From IMG/VR virus record IMGVR_UViG_2537562220_000015: a DNA stretch of 12,078 nt. One strand, written 5' to 3'. Below, in pieces: positions 1 through 8,321 of this stretch. Position 1 is the stretch's first letter. The number at the start of each line of letters is the position of its first letter. The DNA comes from a virus. Its lineage: Duplodnaviria > Heunggongvirae > Uroviricota > Caudoviricetes. Both the position numbers and the translations under genes were made by a program. The notes below the pieces were generated by a model. That model did no database searches. It saw nothing but the letters and a program-made list of their open reading frames with translations, and was not told the origin of the DNA.

Positions 1-348
1 TCCATCGACAAGACGCAATCTCTTTCCGCTTGTACAACCCGTAACTGCGGCGCGTACAGCAAGTGTTTGTGCGGCAAGTATGCCAAACCAGTCGGCGGCA
101 TTCCGCAGCCGCTTCAGGAGAGCCACGTCAGATAATGTTGCAACGTCATGGAGCTGAGCCCATGCAGTGACTTCACGTAATGACATCCCCCCGGGGCCGT
201 AAGCCAGCCCCAGACGTAGCAGAGTTGCAGCATCACGAATTTCGCGGCGGCGGGTTAGAGCCCCGGCATTACGTGCCGAAGTATCCAGTTCTTCGGGCTT
301 ACCAATATGGGCCAGAATTGCTGACCAGTTATCGTGAGAGTAATTCAT
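1..348 (-). CDS. insL: IS186 transposase, N-terminal ~116 codons (gene continues beyond window start)
   Basis: Reverse complement of 301-348 translates to MNYSHDNWSAILAHIG. The frame is open to position 1. It was not in the ORF track because it is cut by the window edge. Confidence 0.8.
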   Translation of the reverse strand, partial: MNYSHDNWSAILAHIGKPEELDTSARNAGALTRRREIRDAATLLRLGLAYGPGGMSLREVTAWAQLHDVATLSDVALLKRLRNAADWFGILAAQTLAVRAAVTGCTSGKRLRLVDG

Positions 349-380
349 CGGCACGTTAAATCATATCAGGCGTAATACCA

Positions 381-403
381 CAACCCTTAAGTTAGCGCTT
401 ATG
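381..403. repeat. IS186 terminal inverted repeat (element end)
   Basis: caacccttaagttagcgcttatg lies ~35 bp outside the transposase start, as expected for an IS end. It is followed by G/C-rich ggcattacccccgac, consistent with the known GC-rich target preference of IS186. Confidence 0.7.
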
Positions 404-494
404 GGCATTACCCCCGACAGATCACAAAGCAGACTGGAATGATTACCACCAAAAACACGGCATTAAATGCGCCACAGAAGCGTTCAATAAGTCA

Positions 495-2267
495 ATGTAC
501 CAACCACAGGGTAATGGCGTGAAACAGGAGCCACAGACCATTGAGGGAAGCGATTTTAAGGTTATGGATACCGACCCACTGAAACCAAGAATAGAAAGCC
601 GCGAGGATGGTATTTATTGGGTATCTCCGAGAGCTGACAGCCAGAGTGGAGAAATCATCAATAACGAAAGCTGGTTATGTTCTCCGTTAAGCGTTATCGG
701 TACTGGCAGAGACGATAAAGACCAGTATCTCATTCTTCGCTGGCTGTCGTTTGGTTCTGAAACGCCGACAACCGCTGCCATTCCACTGGCTGATATTGGT
801 GAACGTGAAGGATGGCGCACACTTAAAGCTGGTGGGGTAAATGTCACGACCAAAAGCAGCCTCAGAGCAATACTGGCAGACTGGCTACAACGCAGTGGCT
901 CTCGTGAATTGTGGCGTGTTGCTCATGCCACTGGCTGGCAATGCGGAGCGTACATCATGCCTGATGGGGAAATCATCGGAACACCTGAAAATCCTGTGCT
1001 GTTCAGCGGGAGAAGCTCAGCCGCAGCCGGATATACCGTCTCAGGGAGCGCGAAAAGCTGGCGTGATAACGTGGCGCGTCTGGCCTTTGGTAACTATTCA
1101 ATGATGACCGGGATCGGCGCAGCACTGGCAGCGCCATTGATTGGGCTGGTGGGCGCTGACGGGTTCGGCATTCATTTCTATGAGCAGTCGAGCGCAGGTA
1201 AGACCACCACGGCAAACGTGGCGAGCAGCTTATACGGCAACCCTGATTTACTGCGGCTGACGTGGTACGGAACCGCGCTGGGGCTGGCAAATGAGGCCGC
1301 CGCCCACAATGACGGACTAATGCCGCTTGATGAAGTTGGTCAGGGCGCTGATCCTGTCAGCGTTTCACAGTCTGCCTATGCGTTATTTAACGGTGTAGGG
1401 AAACTGCAAGGCGCTAAAGATGGTGGAAACCGGGATCTAAAACGCTGGCGTACAGTGGCAATCAGCACCGGAGAAATGGATTTAGAAACATTTATCGCTA
1501 CTTCCGGGCGAAAAACCAAAGCCGGGCAACTGGTGCGACTGCTGAATATTCCGTTGAGTAAAGCAGTACGCTTTCACGATTACCAGAACGGAAAACAGCA
1601 CGCAGACGCACTGAAAGACGCTTACCAGCATCACCACGGCGCGTCCGGGCGTGAGTGGATTAAATGGCTGGCACACCACCAGCAACAGGCTATTAAAACC
1701 GTTCGTGATTGCGAAAGCAGATGGAGAAGCCTGATCCCATCCGATTATGGTGAGCAGGTTCACCGTGTAGCCGCGCGATTTGCCATTCTGGAGGCCGCAT
1801 TGTTGTTAGGCGAGGTTGTAACAGGCTGGGATGCTCAGACATGCCGTGATGCGATACAGCACAGCTATAACGCATGGTTGCGCGAGTTCGGCACAGGTAA
1901 CAAAGAGCATCAGCAGATTATTGAACAAACGGAGGCATTTCTTAATGCCTATGGGCTTAGCCGTTTTGCACCATTTCCATACAGCCCGGCAGATTTGCCC
2001 ATCAAAGATTTAGCCGGATACCGTCAGCGTGGAGAACATGACGAAAGCCCAATGATTTTCTACACATTCCCGGCCACATTTGAAAAGGAGATCGCATGTG
2101 GTTTCAACGCAAAACAGTTTGCTGAAGTGTTGAAAAAAGCCGGGATGCTAACCCCACCAAACAGCGGTCGTGGATACCAAAGAAAATCACCACGTATTCA
2201 GGGACGACAAATAAACGTTTATGTACTCAATTACCAGCCAGGAGATTATAACTCATCTGAAGAATGA
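495..2267 (+). CDS. Replicative primase/helicase-like protein (phage P4 alpha-like / satellite Pri-Rep type), probably the 3' portion of an IS186-interrupted gene
   Basis: 590-aa ORF with a Walker A-like P-loop (GIHFYEQSSAGKTT) about 225 residues in, then a long C-terminal region as expected for a DNA-binding/origin-recognition domain. The frame is open with no stop from the IS186 end (404) to the ATG at 495. No convincing SD precedes the ATG. Confidence 0.6.
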   Translation: MYQPQGNGVKQEPQTIEGSDFKVMDTDPLKPRIESREDGIYWVSPRADSQSGEIINNESWLCSPLSVIGTGRDDKDQYLILRWLSFGSETPTTAAIPLADIGEREGWRTLKAGGVNVTTKSSLRAILADWLQRSGSRELWRVAHATGWQCGAYIMPDGEIIGTPENPVLFSGRSSAAAGYTVSGSAKSWRDNVARLAFGNYSMMTGIGAALAAPLIGLVGADGFGIHFYEQSSAGKTTTANVASSLYGNPDLLRLTWYGTALGLANEAAAHNDGLMPLDEVGQGADPVSVSQSAYALFNGVGKLQGAKDGGNRDLKRWRTVAISTGEMDLETFIATSGRKTKAGQLVRLLNIPLSKAVRFHDYQNGKQHADALKDAYQHHHGASGREWIKWLAHHQQQAIKTVRDCESRWRSLIPSDYGEQVHRVAARFAILEAALLLGEVVTGWDAQTCRDAIQHSYNAWLREFGTGNKEHQQIIEQTEAFLNAYGLSRFAPFPYSPADLPIKDLAGYRQRGEHDESPMIFYTFPATFEKEIACGFNAKQFAEVLKKAGMLTPPNSGRGYQRKSPRIQGRQINVYVLNYQPGDYNSSEE

Positions 2268-2285
2268 GCTTCTTCATGTGCGTAG

Positions 2286-2403
2286 AAAAGGTGTTGGTTC
2301 AGTTGGTTCAGTTGGTTCAATTTGTAAAGTGTATTGTTTTATAAGGATTTTATTCTTTTTATTGAACCAACACTGAACCAACAACACGGTATTTTGAACC
2401 AAC
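2286..2403. repeat. Iteron cluster 1: three tandem 9-bp GTTGGTTCA repeats (2293-2319), AT-rich spacer, three inverted TGAACCAAC copies (2363-2371, 2374-2382, 2395-2403); candidate origin/operator
   Basis: Direct reading of the sequence. It sits immediately downstream of the primase/helicase gene, the position where satellite and plasmid replicons commonly place an iteron origin. Confidence 0.7.
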
Positions 2404-2723
2404 ACAATGTGACTGAATTGATGCGCACAACACCTGGCTGGCATCAGAGAGTGTTTTACGAGACTTTCGTAAAATCCTGTGTACAAGGGCGTGACGTTTT
2501 TGAAAGTGAGCACTACGAAATTTTCGTAGTTCAAAAAACAGCCTCTGAGAAGTTGTTATGCCTGTTCAGCAAACCATCCGCATAGCTGATCGCGAATCAA
2601 ATTACCAATGGAGCCAGAAGCAAGGGCAGAACTGAAAAGCGCCTGCCGTGAAGAGTAATGCGACACCATAAATATAGTTTTTAGAGTCCATAAAAAACCT
2701 GTCAAAACCTGACACACAGAACG

Positions 2724-2757
2724 ATGCCACCAGCTACTGAGCGGTGGCATTTTTTTG
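2724..2757 (+). terminator. Rho-independent terminator
   Basis: Perfect 8-bp stem ATGCCACC/GGTGGCAT (2724-2731 and 2743-2750) with an 11-nt loop, followed by TTTTTTT (2751-2757). It is oriented for plus-strand transcripts. Confidence 0.6.
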
Positions 2758-2851
2758 TGCTATTTGTTTCATATTTTGCAATTACTATGATGAATATTGC
2801 GATTTGTGAAACTATAATAACTGTTGTTTTATACAGTTCTAAGGGGGCGTT

Positions 2852-3013
2852 ATGGCTATTTCAGTAAAGCCGGTATTGATAAGTGAGAAGCAAATGGAAG
2901 CGATAAAGAAAATTCAGGAAGAGCAGCGTAAAAAATCAGGAATTGGAGTAGCGCCAACTCTGCATGAAATTGCACGAGGGTTAATAGATAAGGCGCTGGC
3001 AGGCTGTATGTGA
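2852..3013 (+). CDS. Small hypothetical protein (53 aa), possibly a ribbon-helix-helix-like DNA-binding protein; first gene of the downstream operon
   Basis: ATG at 2852 is preceded by a strong SD (AAGGGGG, 2841-2847) at ~5-nt spacing; stop TGA at 3011-3013. It translates to MAISVKPVLISEKQMEAIKKIQEEQRKKSGIGVAPTLHEIARGLIDKALAGCM. It is absent from the ORF track, presumably because it is short. An AT-rich promoter-like region lies upstream (2760-2840). Confidence 0.4.
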   Translation: MAISVKPVLISEKQMEAIKKIQEEQRKKSGIGVAPTLHEIARGLIDKALAGCM

Positions 3014-3029
3014 AAATGGATGGCATCGC

Positions 3030-3491
3030 ATGGAACTAAAATTTATTGATAACCCTGTGCGATTACAGGCCTTTCTTAACGATCCTGGCAATACCGAAAA
3101 TATTGTTGAGCCGGGGCACACGTACTACATCAAGCCTGATGCGGTATATCTCGGCATCTACGAAGGATTGGTGTTGGCTGGCGTTCATGAAGTGCGTAAC
3201 TTCTGGCATAGCATTGTTGAATGCCATGCGGTGTACGACCCCGGATTCCGTGGTGAATATGCACTGCAAGGGCATCGGTTATTCTGCAAATGGCTTCTCG
3301 AAAACTCACCATTCCTTAACAGCATTACCATGGTTCCTGACACCACCAAATACGGACGGGCAATTATCCGTTTGCTTGGCGCTACCCGTGTTGGTCACCT
3401 TGATGATGCTTATATCAGATGTGGTAAACCCGTCGGCGTAACGCTTTATCAGTTAACTCGGCAACAATATAAGGAATTCAGCGAATGTTAA
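3030..3491 (+). CDS. Phage head-assembly/ejection-associated protein, P22 gp14-like (tentative)
   Basis: 153-aa ORF 16 nt after the small ORF. Its stop overlaps the start of the next gene. The assignment rests mainly on its position directly upstream of the gp7/gp20/gp16-like trio, which matches the P22 gene order 14-7-20-16. Confidence 0.5.
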   Translation: MELKFIDNPVRLQAFLNDPGNTENIVEPGHTYYIKPDAVYLGIYEGLVLAGVHEVRNFWHSIVECHAVYDPGFRGEYALQGHRLFCKWLLENSPFLNSITMVPDTTKYGRAIIRLLGATRVGHLDDAYIRCGKPVGVTLYQLTRQQYKEFSEC

Positions 3492-4162
3492 TTACCCACA
3501 TAGCTCATAAACATCTCAATCGTGCCGTATACGAAAAAGGCGGTGATGGTGGTGCCTCTAAAGCTCAGGCGAAGGCCCAGCAGCAGGCAATTGATTTGCA
3601 GCGCGAGCAGTGGAATACGGTGATGAATAATCTCAAGCCGTATGCAGAAGTCGGATTGCCTGCTTTACAACAACTACAAGGACTGATGACTCTGGAAGGG
3701 CAGAATAAAGCCGCGAATGATTTCTTTGGTTCTGGTTTATATAAAACACAGGCAGATCAGGCCCGTTATCAGAACCTTGTCTCAGCAGAAGCTACCGGGG
3801 GGCTTGGCTCAACAGCTACCAGTAACCAGTTATCTTCCATTGCGCCCATGCTTTATAACAATTGGCTTAGTGGGCAAATGCAAAATTATGGAAACCTGCT
3901 AAATGTCGGGATGAATGCGGCATCAGGGCAGGCAACAGCAGGGCAAAACTACGCCAATAATACCGGGCAACTCTTGCAGGGGCTTGGCGCTATTCGAGCA
4001 GGTCAGGCGCAGCAGCCATCCAGTCTTGCGCGTGGTATTGGTGGGGCGGCATCAGGCGCTTTAGCGGGTGCGCAACTTGGTTCCGTTGTTCCGGGTATAG
4101 GTAATGTCGCCGGGGCTATTGGTGGTGGGCTTATTGGTCTTGTTGGGGGGCTTGGATTCTAA
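3485..4162 (+). CDS. Phage ejection (DNA transfer/injection) protein, P22 gp7-like
   Basis: 225 aa, close to the size I recall for P22 gp7 (~229 aa). Gln/Ala-rich N-terminal part and Gly-rich hydrophobic C-terminus (GIGNVAGAIGGGLIGLVGGLGF). The stop overlaps the next start (TAATG). Confidence 0.65.
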   Translation: MLITHIAHKHLNRAVYEKGGDGGASKAQAKAQQQAIDLQREQWNTVMNNLKPYAEVGLPALQQLQGLMTLEGQNKAANDFFGSGLYKTQADQARYQNLVSAEATGGLGSTATSNQLSSIAPMLYNNWLSGQMQNYGNLLNVGMNAASGQATAGQNYANNTGQLLQGLGAIRAGQAQQPSSLARGIGGAASGALAGAQLGSVVPGIGNVAGAIGGGLIGLVGGLGF

Positions 4163-5583
4163 TGGCGACATGGCAACTTGGCGGGCTGCCTAGCATGGCA
4201 CCGCAAAATGATAATGCTCCTCGTTCTTCCGTTCCTCAGCCTGTGCAGTATCAGCAGCAGCCAAACGTAGGTTTAATGGCGCTACAGGGGCTAAGAGGCG
4301 TTGCTGAGATTAATCAGCAGGCACGTCAACAACAGCGTAAAGCAGAGTTTCAGAAAGCATATGCCGGGGCTTTTGAGTCTGGAGACAGAAACAAAATGCG
4401 CAGTCTTATTTCTGAGTATCCAGAAGAATTTGAAAGCGTTCAGAAAGGGATGGGCTTTATTGATGACGACCAGAGAAATTCTATTGGTCATCTTGCGACT
4501 AGTGCTCAAATCGCATCTTCGCTCGGAACTGGGGCATTTGGAAAATTCATAGCAGATAACGAAGATGAAATGCGTCGCTTGGGAATTTCTCCTGAGTCTG
4601 TTGCCGAAATGCATGTTAATGATCCACAGGGATTCCAGCGGCTTGCTGGTAGTATGGCACTGTTTTCTCTCGGTCATGAGAAGTATTTCGATATCAAAGA
4701 TCAAATGGAAGGTCGGGATATTGAGCGTGGCAAGTTGGCAGAAACAATCCGCAGCAATCAGGCTGGCGAAGCACTTCAGGCGAGAGGGCAGGATATTAGC
4801 CGAGCAAATGCGTTAACGTCAGCATATGCACCAACAGCAGCAATGCAGAATTACAATCAGTACGCTCAAATGTTAAAGGAGGATCCAGAGGGGGCGGCGG
4901 CATTTGCGGCAGCGGCTGGAATTAATACAAACGCCAAAAAATTAATGAGTGTTAGAGAAAACGATGATGGCACTGTCACAAAATACTACACAGACGGAAG
5001 TGAAGAGCAGGGAAAACTAACCCAGCCAATATCTGGAGATGGGTTTCGTCCAATAGCTTTGCCAACAGCCCAAAAGATCATGGAAAAGTCGCCAGAAGGG
5101 GCTAAAAAAGCTGCTGGATTTGCATACAGGGTTAGGGATGCTCTTGATTCAATAGATACACTGAAAGACCAGCTTAGCCCACAGCGAGTGGCGATCATTA
5201 ATAATGCTTTGGGTAATGGGACGTTGGCTAACTTAACGCTCAGCCCAACAGAGCAGCAATACGTTGTTAATGCTAATGACGCAATAATGGCAATACTCCG
5301 TCAGGAAACAGGGGCAGCTATCGTACCTGCTGAAATGTCAAAATATTATCAAATGTATTTCCCTCAGCCTGGCGACTCCACAAAAACCATTGATACCAAG
5401 CGCCTGAAGATGGAAAACCAGTTCAATTCGCTGAAAGCTGCTTCTGGTCGAGCTTATGATGCTTTGCGGGTTATTTCAGCAGTTGACAGAGGAACTTCTT
5501 CTTCGTCGCAGACATTGCCGCAATCTGAGCAGGTATCACAGCCAGCAGCCAGCAGTAACTTTTCTTCACTATGGGGTGATTAA
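4162..5583 (+). CDS. Phage ejection (DNA transfer) protein, P22 gp20-like
   Basis: 473 aa, close to the size I recall for P22 gp20 (~471 aa). Translationally coupled at both ends (TAATG overlaps at 4160-4164 and 5581-5585). Codon usage matches its neighbours. Confidence 0.65.
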   Translation: MATWQLGGLPSMAPQNDNAPRSSVPQPVQYQQQPNVGLMALQGLRGVAEINQQARQQQRKAEFQKAYAGAFESGDRNKMRSLISEYPEEFESVQKGMGFIDDDQRNSIGHLATSAQIASSLGTGAFGKFIADNEDEMRRLGISPESVAEMHVNDPQGFQRLAGSMALFSLGHEKYFDIKDQMEGRDIERGKLAETIRSNQAGEALQARGQDISRANALTSAYAPTAAMQNYNQYAQMLKEDPEGAAAFAAAAGINTNAKKLMSVRENDDGTVTKYYTDGSEEQGKLTQPISGDGFRPIALPTAQKIMEKSPEGAKKAAGFAYRVRDALDSIDTLKDQLSPQRVAIINNALGNGTLANLTLSPTEQQYVVNANDAIMAILRQETGAAIVPAEMSKYYQMYFPQPGDSTKTIDTKRLKMENQFNSLKAASGRAYDALRVISAVDRGTSSSSQTLPQSEQVSQPAASSNFSSLWGD

Positions 5584-7688
5584 TGGCTAAAGCATGGAAA
5601 GATGTTATCGCCTCTCCACAGTATCAGGCGTTAGCACCAGAACAAAAAGCGCAGGCTCAGGAGCAATACTTCAATGAAGTCGTTGCCCCGCAAGCCGGAG
5701 AAAGTGTAGAGCAGGCTAAGCAGGCTTTTTATGCTGCCTATCCACTACCATCAACGAATGAAATAGACCGAGCCCAATCAGCAACTCAAAATATTCAACA
5801 TACATCATCTGATAATTCTCTTGCGTCAGGGTATGCAAAGTTAGCTACTCAGCAAAGAGAGGGGCTTGAGCGTTCAGCAGAACAGGGAGCCAGCCTTGGG
5901 GCTGCGATGCGCGATGCTATAACAGGCGAAAGCCGAATGACTCCAGAGATGGAGAGACTGCAAAATGTCGACCTTGCCCCAGAGTTAACCTCACTCAGCA
6001 TGGATGCTCTAAAAGCTCGATGGTCTCAACTTTTCGGCTCTGACGCATCTCAGGAAAAGATTCTTCAGAGCATGGGAGCGAAATTAAGGCAGGATGAGAA
6101 GGGTAACACTATCGTTTCCCTGCCATCCGGTGATTATGCTCTGAACAAGCCGGGTTTATCGCCGCAAGACGTGGCATCGTTTCTGGCTAATGCGCTGGCG
6201 TTTACACCAGCGGGCAGGGCCGGAACGGTGCTGGGGGCCATAGGGAAATCAGCAGCTACAGATTTAGCACTACAGGGAGCCACCAGCCTCGCTGGTGGAG
6301 AAGATATTGATCCGTTACAAACGGTAATTTCTGCTGGCATTGGTGGTATTGGTAAGGGGCTGGAAAATACAGCGAGTGCGGTTTCGAGGGCTGTTCGTGG
6401 TGATATGTCGCCTGAAGCAAAGGCTGCTGTCGACTTTGCATCGGAAAGAAATCTGCCGTTAATGACCAGTGACATGCTGAAAGATAAAACCTTTATGCAG
6501 AGTCAGGCTCAGACATTAGGCGAAAGAGTTCCTTTTTTTGGAACCGGTAAGAATCGGCTGAATCAACAACAAGCACGAGAAAATTTAGTCAGAACATTTA
6601 GCGATGGTCTGGGTGGCATTTCTGATAAACAGCTTTATGAATCTGCGACTAAAGGGCAACAAAAATTCATTGAGGCAGCAGGAAAGCGATATAACCGCAT
6701 AATTGACGCTATGGGGGATACCCCTGTCGATCTCTCAAACACGGTAAAAGCTATCGACAATCAGATTGCTGTGTTAAGCCGCCCGGGTAAATCTCAGGAT
6801 AGAGCCGCGGTAAAAGTCTTGCAGCAATTTAAAGACGATATCACCAGCGGACCAAATGACCTGCGTCTGGCGAGGGAAAACAGAACCGATCTTCGAAAGC
6901 GGTTTATGGCGTCATCTGACACTGTTGATAAAGATACGCTCCAGAAAGCCAGCGATATTATCTACAAGGCATATACGGCGGATATGAAAAAAGCCGTAGC
7001 CAAAAATCTTGGAGCAGACGAAGCCATTAATATGGCAAGGGTTGATCGCTCATGGTCTAAATTCAATGACATGATGGGAAGAACGCGCGTTCAAAAGGCA
7101 ATAGCCAGCGGCAAGGCCACGCCTGAGGATGTAACAAAACTCGTTTTTAGCCAAAGCCCATCAGAACGTTCTCAGCTTTACAGGCTTCTGGATGACAATG
7201 GTAGGCAAAACGCACGAGCAGCCATAGTTCAGAATGCTGTAGATAAGGCGACTGATCCGTCTGGAAATATCAGTGTTGAGAAGTTTATTAATGCGTTACA
7301 CCGGAACAGGAAGCAATCAGCAACTTTCTTTAAAGGCGTACATGGAAAGGAACTGGACGGCGTTATTAAATACCTCAACGATACAAGACACGCGGCAAAA
7401 GCGAACGTTCAAAACTTAAATGGTCAGCAGCTTTATGGATTGTTAGTTGGTGGTGGCATCATAAACGCAGCAGTATTAGCGGGGATGCTAAAAACGGCTG
7501 CGTTTGTTGTTCCTGCTGCTGGTGCCGTAGGCGGAGCAGCGAAGGCATACGAAAGCCCTGTTATACGAAATGCCTTGTTACGTCTGGCAAATACGCCAAA
7601 AGGTAGCACAGCATATGACAGAGCGATCAGTACGGTCACACAATCGCTCACCAGAGTCGCACAGGCATCACAAAAAGAAGCTCAATAA
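5583..7688 (+). CDS. Phage ejection (DNA transfer) protein, P22 gp16-like
   Basis: 701-aa ORF, last of the coupled gene set. It has a Gly/Ala-rich hydrophobic segment near the C-terminus (LLVGGGIINAAVLAGMLKTAAFVVPAAGAVGGAAKA). Its position after the gp7/gp20-like genes matches the P22 order. Confidence 0.65.
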   Translation: MAKAWKDVIASPQYQALAPEQKAQAQEQYFNEVVAPQAGESVEQAKQAFYAAYPLPSTNEIDRAQSATQNIQHTSSDNSLASGYAKLATQQREGLERSAEQGASLGAAMRDAITGESRMTPEMERLQNVDLAPELTSLSMDALKARWSQLFGSDASQEKILQSMGAKLRQDEKGNTIVSLPSGDYALNKPGLSPQDVASFLANALAFTPAGRAGTVLGAIGKSAATDLALQGATSLAGGEDIDPLQTVISAGIGGIGKGLENTASAVSRAVRGDMSPEAKAAVDFASERNLPLMTSDMLKDKTFMQSQAQTLGERVPFFGTGKNRLNQQQARENLVRTFSDGLGGISDKQLYESATKGQQKFIEAAGKRYNRIIDAMGDTPVDLSNTVKAIDNQIAVLSRPGKSQDRAAVKVLQQFKDDITSGPNDLRLARENRTDLRKRFMASSDTVDKDTLQKASDIIYKAYTADMKKAVAKNLGADEAINMARVDRSWSKFNDMMGRTRVQKAIASGKATPEDVTKLVFSQSPSERSQLYRLLDDNGRQNARAAIVQNAVDKATDPSGNISVEKFINALHRNRKQSATFFKGVHGKELDGVIKYLNDTRHAAKANVQNLNGQQLYGLLVGGGIINAAVLAGMLKTAAFVVPAAGAVGGAAKAYESPVIRNALLRLANTPKGSTAYDRAISTVTQSLTRVAQASQKEAQ

Positions 7689-7706
7689 CTGGTAGCCATG
7701 GATGGC

Positions 7707-8321
7707 TTAGATATCTCTGCTGTCTCCATTAGGAAATAAAAGATAATATGGATTTGCCTTTCTTGCTCTCCTTGCTTCACCTGGATACCTGTTAGTCAGT
7801 AGTTTGCATAATGAGCAGAGAACAACACTCAAGAAAATTCCGAATGAGAAGATCAATATCTCACCAAAAATCAATGGCGATATTAAATTTTCAGGATTTA
7901 ATGATAAGTCAATGTTAAAAACATATTGAGCAATACCAGTAAGTATCAATAATATAATCCCTATGGAATACATTGCTGTTTCCCAAACATCAGACAGTCT
8001 ATTTTTGAATTGTTCGCTGGAGTAGTAGTTTGTTATAAAGTCAGAAAAATCACTCTCATATGCATCATCTTTAGGTGATGTTAGAAATCCTCTGTCTCTC
8101 CATACCTTCTCCCAATTAGTCGATTCTTTTTTTAAGGAAAAATAAATATGTATTGCCAAAAGGATAGCCAAAATTGGTGTTAGCTCTAAAAAATAGAATG
8201 TTATGGAATAAATAATACTGCCATGTTCAAACTCATCTGGGACTATCATGTATGCACAAAAATAAATTGAAAAGTACACCATGCAGATAGTTAGCAATTC
8301 TTTAGTATCTTTTCTGCTCAC
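7707..8321 (-). CDS. AT-rich multi-pass inner-membrane protein; candidate superinfection-exclusion or abortive-infection effector
   Basis: 204-aa ORF with a GTG start at 8319-8321 preceded by a strong SD (AAAGGGGG on the coding strand, ~5-nt spacer). It has at least four hydrophobic helices and a ~70-residue charged loop. GC content is clearly lower than the flanking genes (roughly one third by eye versus about half). It is convergent with the ejection operon, 18 bp from its stop. Confidence 0.6.
   Translation of the reverse strand: MSRKDTKELLTICMVYFSIYFCAYMIVPDEFEHGSIIYSITFYFLELTPILAILLAIHIYFSLKKESTNWEKVWRDRGFLTSPKDDAYESDFSDFITNYYSSEQFKNRLSDVWETAMYSIGIILLILTGIAQYVFNIDLSLNPENLISPLIFGEILIFSFGIFLSVVLCSLCKLLTNRYPGEARRARKANPYYLLFPNGDSRDI

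Larger units (their letters stand above)
1..403 (-). mobile_element. IS186 (IS4 family) insertion sequence, partial; extends beyond the window start
   Basis: Minus-strand translation from the ATG at 346-348 reads MNYSHDNWSAILAHIG..., which I recognise as the IS186 transposase N-terminus. The 23-bp sequence caacccttaagttagcgcttatg (381-403) matches the IS186 terminal inverted repeat as I recall it. Confidence 0.8.

Noticed and set aside
614-2013. Six short ORFs from the track (614-853 -, 841-1104 +, 1003-1290 -, 1482-1763 -, 1693-1875 -, 1831-2013 +) embedded in the primase/helicase gene
   Set aside because: All lie inside the 590-aa ORF on other frames or the opposite strand, with no RBS and no recognisable motifs. 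They are typical shadow ORFs.
2293-2403. Could the short direct repeats be a CRISPR array?
   Set aside because: The units are only 9 bp and directly abutting or irregularly spaced, with no uniform 28-37-bp repeats and unique spacers. This is iteron-like, not CRISPR.
2274-2585. Track ORFs 2274-2534 (-) and 2334-2585 (+)
   Set aside because: Both run through the iteron repeats, giving repetitive low-complexity translations such as EPTEPTEPT, and lack an SD. The reading frames are more likely a by-product of the repeat structure than genes.
3046-3441. Alternative-frame ORFs overlapping the gp14-like gene (3046-3441 +, 3063-3275 -, 3130-3312 -)
   Set aside because: They overlap the better-supported 3030-3491 ORF, which is translationally coupled to the downstream genes, and have no independent start signals.
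4291-6475. Internal and antisense ORFs within the gp20-like and gp16-like genes (4291-4704 -, 4301-4552 +, 4565-4816 +, 4986-5198 -, 6134-6475 -, 6256-6441 -), and 7433-7651 -
   Set aside because: Shadow ORFs inside long, well-supported genes, with no RBS or motifs.
7694-7707. Hairpin AGCCA-tgga-TGGCT between the convergent gp16-like and membrane-protein genes as a bidirectional terminator
   Set aside because: The stem is short, there is no flanking T-run on either strand, and it overlaps the membrane-protein stop codon. Too weak to call.
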